A stretch of 64,000 nt of DNA from positions 64,234-128,233 of the forward strand of contig JBEKTQ010000006.1 in assembly GCA_049515895.1 (NCBI GenBank), read 5' to 3'. A model generated the notes under the pieces. It was not told the DNA's origin. It saw nothing but the letters and a program-made list of their open reading frames with translations, and did no database searches. This document shows positions 60,036 through 64,000 of this stretch, piece after piece (positions within the stretch are counted from its first letter, which is position 1; each line of letters starts with the position of its first letter). This stretch comes from Candidatus Bathyarchaeia archaeon. Its GTDB lineage: Archaea > Thermoproteota > Bathyarchaeia > Bathyarchaeales > Bathycorpusculaceae. The translations under genes and the position numbers were made by a program.

Positions 60036-61522
60036 TTGCATGCCACCTCAATTTTAGGCTCTTTCTTTGCTTTTTGTGCCTTAATCACTCGGACTTCCTT
60101 AAGAATTCTCTTTAGAAGCTGCTCGTCGTTTAGGATCCCTGGCGGAGGTTCAACCACCTTGCGCAGCATTATTGGCACGTGATCCATGCGGTAAGCTGAG
60201 CCTTCGTATTCTATTCCGCACCACTGGGTTGGAAACACTACGTCGCCTAGCCTTGAGATGGCGTTCATGTCTGGGTTAATGGTGATTAACGGGTGCTTCA
60301 TCATATTTTGCATGGCTGACTTAGGAAAGTTCGCACCTGGATCTGATGAAATAACTAACGTTGCATCATTGTCGCCGCGTCTCAACAGGTCGATGGTTGT
60401 GAATTCCCCCGGGTTGTATTGTGGGTACCCTTGTGAGAAGTCGAGGGCATATGGGTAACCTGTGGACCAAGCGAAAACCACGTTTGCACCCGTGACGTTG
60501 AAGTGTCCTCGCATCGGAGAGATTACGAACTTGGTTCTCCTGTTCAGGTCCCTTGTCAACGCGATTGCTATTTCGATATTTCTGAATCTGCCTGCACTTT
60601 GAGTTAAGCCGAGACCGAAGAAGATGACGCCGAAATTGCAGTTCACCATTGCGTCGGTTACTTCTTTGAGGTATTCAACTTGGACACCGCCAACTTGTTC
60701 AACATCCAGTTCTTGATCTACGACTAAACATCTCATGGCGTCTAGTATTTCATAGTCCTTGTTTGGTTGAACTTGAATAAAGTAATCAGCTGCCTCGGCA
60801 GTCATGGTTTTTCTAACGTCGACAACAATCAGTTTACGCCCCGCCTTGTTAATTGCCTGTGGCGGTCGGTCTACAGTGCATGCTTGTGGGGCAATTGGAG
60901 GATTATAACTATTTAATATTCGCCTTGAGGCTGCTTCTACTTTTTTCTTGCTTTGGGTACCTTTTAATTTTTCTAGGTAACTTTTCCATTCGCTACCCTC
61001 AAAGCGTCCATCAGTGAAACTGGTATATCTTTCAAGATGCCTTGGATGTGAAGACCAGGGGTCGCATGCCCAGTAAACTATTAGATCTGCACGATGTCTG
61101 ATTTGCCCAAGAGTGCATGCGGGGATACCGATTTCTTGTGTAGCCATAACTGATGGACCGTGGCAAACACTGCAGCAATTATCTAATGCTGAGCCTAATT
61201 CTTCAGCTAACTGAACGCCGATTCTCTGAGCTTCACAGGTTGAACTACTCCAACCGAACAACAGAGGATACTTCGCGTTTGTGAGAATCTGGGCTGCTTT
61301 GTGTACTGCTTCATCCATCGGCACAGGAACTAACTTACCGTCCTTTCGTATAAGCGGTTTTAGAATTCGCTCATCGCTCTTGTACCCGTGAACCATTTTA
61401 GCTTCACATTGGGCACAGCCGTTCTTCATCTTAACAATCTCGTTGTTTTCCACTGTTACTTCTAGGTCATCACACAAGCAGCCGCAAATTGGACAAACAA
61501 CTGATTTTATAGTTTCCGTCAT
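60032..61522 (-). CDS. fwdB: Formylmethanofuran dehydrogenase subunit B (Cys ligand)
   Basis: CPICGCLCDD, SVCHGP, HPRH.ERY, MRGHFNV, YRMD. Confidence 0.93.
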   Translation of the reverse strand: MTETIKSVVCPICGCLCDDLEVTVENNEIVKMKNGCAQCEAKMVHGYKSDERILKPLIRKDGKLVPVPMDEAVHKAAQILTNAKYPLLFGWSSSTCEAQRIGVQLAEELGSALDNCCSVCHGPSVMATQEIGIPACTLGQIRHRADLIVYWACDPWSSHPRHLERYTSFTDGRFEGSEWKSYLEKLKGTQSKKKVEAASRRILNSYNPPIAPQACTVDRPPQAINKAGRKLIVVDVRKTMTAEAADYFIQVQPNKDYEILDAMRCLVVDQELDVEQVGGVQVEYLKEVTDAMVNCNFGVIFFGLGLTQSAGRFRNIEIAIALTRDLNRRTKFVISPMRGHFNVTGANVVFAWSTGYPYALDFSQGYPQYNPGEFTTIDLLRRGDNDATLVISSDPGANFPKSAMQNMMKHPLITINPDMNAISRLGDVVFPTQWCGIEYEGSAYRMDHVPIMLRKVVEPPPGILNDEQLLKRILKEVRVIKAQKAKKEPKIEVACK

Positions 61523-61527
61523 CAAGA

Positions 61528-61929
61528 TTACCTTCCATACTCCTCTTTCAAAAGTTCATCAAGCGTTAAGACGACTTGGTTTGGGGCAGGTTCAACTTCA
61601 ACCGCAAAACCCTTAAACAGAGGCATACCCATTCCGAAGGTTTCATCTCCGCAGATGGCATTGGCCCATAGACCGCAAGGGATGAAAACCAACCCGGGAT
61701 TGGAACCGTAGGGGTTTTTAACCGCTTTAACTATGACTGAACCGTACTTTGAAGTGACCTTAACGTTTGTTCGGCTTTTTATGCCCATTTTTTTCATGTC
61801 AGCTTCATCTATAATGCAGATGGCGGAGCCGTCAAAGTACTCTTTTGAGCCTTTTCCCATCTCTTTTCCAACACCTTGATCGATTGTTCTACCAGTAATT
61901 AGAATTACGCTTAGCTTTTGCTCTACCAT
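61528..61929 (-). CDS. fwdD: Formylmethanofuran dehydrogenase subunit D
   Basis: LITGRTIDQG, FIP.G.WAN, GMP.FKG. Confidence 0.93.
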   Translation of the reverse strand: MVEQKLSVILITGRTIDQGVGKEMGKGSKEYFDGSAICIIDEADMKKMGIKSRTNVKVTSKYGSVIVKAVKNPYGSNPGLVFIPCGLWANAICGDETFGMGMPLFKGFAVEVEPAPNQVVLTLDELLKEEYGR

Positions 61930-62514
61930 CGTCTAAGACCTTACCCAATAGAAATTTATAGAGTCATATTTAAAATTAAGTTAAATAAAAATATAAAATT
62001 CACCTTTAACTCGGTAGATTACAACGCTTCAATGTCCATCTCACCATCACTTTATTTGTTTGCCACGAAAATCAAAAAGGCAACTTTGCAAAAGCTTCCC
62101 TGAAGTCTGTGTATATGTGTCATAGTGTGTATGTGATAGATTGTGGTTGATGGAGTAAGGGAGGTTTGGTTGGATTAAAATTTAATCTTTTTTCCCCCAA
62201 AAAATGCACCAGGCATCACGGATGGAGTAATCCGCTAATGTCCCTAAAAAGTCCCCTAAGAAAGCGGAGTCAATGGAGCACTAACATTTCGCTTTTTTTT
62301 CATTAACGCAATCTTCTTTCGCCGTTTAATATTTGTCTTTGTTCGAAAAATGCTTCCATGAGTGTTTTGGTAAAACTTGTTTCCTTTATTTCTCAAGATA
62401 TTTTCAACCCTTTGATTTACTGATTATAACCTCCTTATTTGAGTATACCTATAGGTTTCTTCAGTTTCTTCATGAAGTTACAATTATTGAGAGAGCGCTT
62501 AAAATTTTTTAGTC

Positions 62515-62748
62515 CTATTCTGCATAAATGTGTTCCTCAACAGCTACGGCTAAAGCGTCAAAGAGAGTGTTGACTATATCAACCATTGTATCTACCTTGT
62601 ATCCTTTAGGCAAACCTTTTGGAAGAGGTAATTCAATGCCAAATTTCTCTTTAATTGCTTTACTGATTATTTCCTTGTTAGTTTCTATGCGGATTCTTTT
62701 GGTCTCTAATTGAGCAAGGATACTGTTGTTTTCGCTCATTCTTTTCAC
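62515..62748 (-). CDS. Hypothetical small protein (virus-like region)
   Basis: GAGGTGA RBS; likely start MSENN. Confidence 0.65.
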   Translation of the reverse strand: MKRMSENNSILAQLETKRIRIETNKEIISKAIKEKFGIELPLPKGLPKGYKVDTMVDIVNTLFDALAVAVEEHIYAE

Positions 62749-62836
62749 CTCAGTTCTATTTCTGAGCTATGCAGATTTAAGACTTATCAAGAAGACATGA
62801 AAGTCTTTGGAAGTTATTTTAGAGATAGAAGTGAGT

Positions 62837-63037
62837 TTAGGGAAAACTTTGCTCGTTTAGTTTCTTTTGCTTTAGTTTCATTCTCTTGGCTATCTTAGCT
62901 TCACATCTTTTCCTAACGCAACTTGTCCTGCACTTGTTCGAATGGTGCACTTTTTCTGGGTCATAGGTTTTGAATACGATACCACAGGGGCAGGTTCTAA
63001 TAAGAACTACATTACTTAATCTTTCAAAGTTTCCCAT
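62837..63037 (-). CDS. Small Cys/His Zn-finger-like protein
   Basis: CPCG..F..HSNKC. Confidence 0.5.
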   Translation of the reverse strand: MGNFERLSNVVLIRTCPCGIVFKTYDPEKVHHSNKCRTSCVRKRCEAKIAKRMKLKQKKLNEQSFP

Positions 63038-63439
63038 ATCGCTCTACCCAACAATTCTTACATTCAAGAAACTTATGAACACTCATACCCGCTCAGTATA
63101 CTCAGCGATTAAGATAATAAGTCCTTCTTTTCTATTTATTCGCTATTTTTTTAGACTCGTTGTTCATATCTCTATCCCATTAGGATCTAACTAAAAACAA
63201 ACTTAAAGAAAACAACGCCATTTTCTTGTAATTATCTAGAACCTGCCTTGTGCTTACCTGCCTTATACGTCCCCATGCCACAATCAAGACACTTAACGAT
63301 ATCTTCATCTTTTTCAAGGCGAGTGCTACCACAATAAGGACACGTTGAACATAAATCGTCATTCAAGTTTTCACAGGTTGTTTATTTACCTTATTTGTAT
63401 CTTAGTTACCTTATTTTAGTGTTTGGCTATTTCTCCTTG

Positions 63440-63622
63440 CTATTTTTTGGCTAGTGCCACGCGATAGTTTGCGTATATTTCTGTTTGGGTTAGTCCATAA
63501 AACTCTGCATATCCCTGTGTCGGTGTTTTCTTGTTTTCAAGACATTCAGAATTAATACAGATGTACTCACCACATACCCCTTCAATTCGTTTAAGAGTTT
63601 GACCACAAGCAGGACATTTCAT
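63440..63622 (-). CDS. Small Zn-ribbon protein
   Basis: MKCPACG..CINSEC. Confidence 0.6.
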   Translation of the reverse strand: MKCPACGQTLKRIEGVCGEYICINSECLENKKTPTQGYAEFYGLTQTEIYANYRVALAKK

Positions 63623-63691
63623 AATCAGTCAATTCACTTTCTACGGATGCAGATTTAACACTTATCATCATTCCTCTACCCTTCCTTTTTT

Positions 63692-63866
63692 GTTGTGTTG
63701 GGTCGTGTCGTTGTGGTGCGGTGTGGTGTGGAGTGCGGTTTGCGGTGCGGTGGTTGTAGGTGTTAAGAGTAGGGGGGTGTAGGTGGTAGGTTAGGTTGGA
63801 TTTGGTCAGGTTGGAGTTGGTTAGTAGTTGTAGGGAGGGAAGGGAGTGGTGGGGTAAGGAGAGAGA
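63692..63866 (+). repeat. G/T-rich strand-skewed low-complexity tract with ~5-nt periodicity
   Basis: GTGTG/GTGCG then AGGTT/GGTT units; very few C in the second half. Confidence 0.7.
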
Positions 63867-64000
63867 AAATTTAAATTGTATCCACAAAAAATACTGGTTT
63901 ACAAATTTAGTTTAAACTTGCTAATACACATGCAGGATGTATTCACGCTTGCAGGAAGTTTAGTAATCTTCATCATACGGAATTTGGTTGATTGTCTTTT

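Noticed and set aside
61150-61180. Sec-containing FwdB (FwuB type)
   Set aside because: Ligand codon reads TGC (Cys); no in-frame TGA

Overview
Archaeal chromosomal segment, most likely Bathyarchaeia (TACK). This is inferred from eL38, a Cren7-like gene, expanded PQQ-like beta-propeller surface proteins and methanofuran/Fwd genes. Left to right it contains: two paralogous large beta-propeller membrane proteins; a cluster of unannotated micro-ORFs (Zn-ribbon plus Lys/Arg-rich peptides); TFS; a Cren7-like gene; a methanofuran biosynthesis operon (mfnB-A-D-F-E plus a HisA-like gene); an MMPL transporter; tRNA-Phe and tRNA-Val; eL38; an ABC exporter; Hjc; NAD and adenine salvage genes; a Rieske-DsrE-TusA-SelD-ModE-ModABC operon beside mobB/mobA/moeA/fdhD and fwdDBAC; and an AT-rich, virus-like right end. 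The best leads are: (1) an orphan Cys-type SelD tied to sulfur carriers, Mo/W uptake and formylmethanofuran dehydrogenase; (2) a ~35-bp motif found 5-6 times in both orientations at 29-41 kb, linked to a duplicated promoter and dif-like block; (3) a two-copy ~250-bp non-coding element carrying 10-bp-periodic repeat arrays. All family calls and alignments were made by eye; no searches were run.
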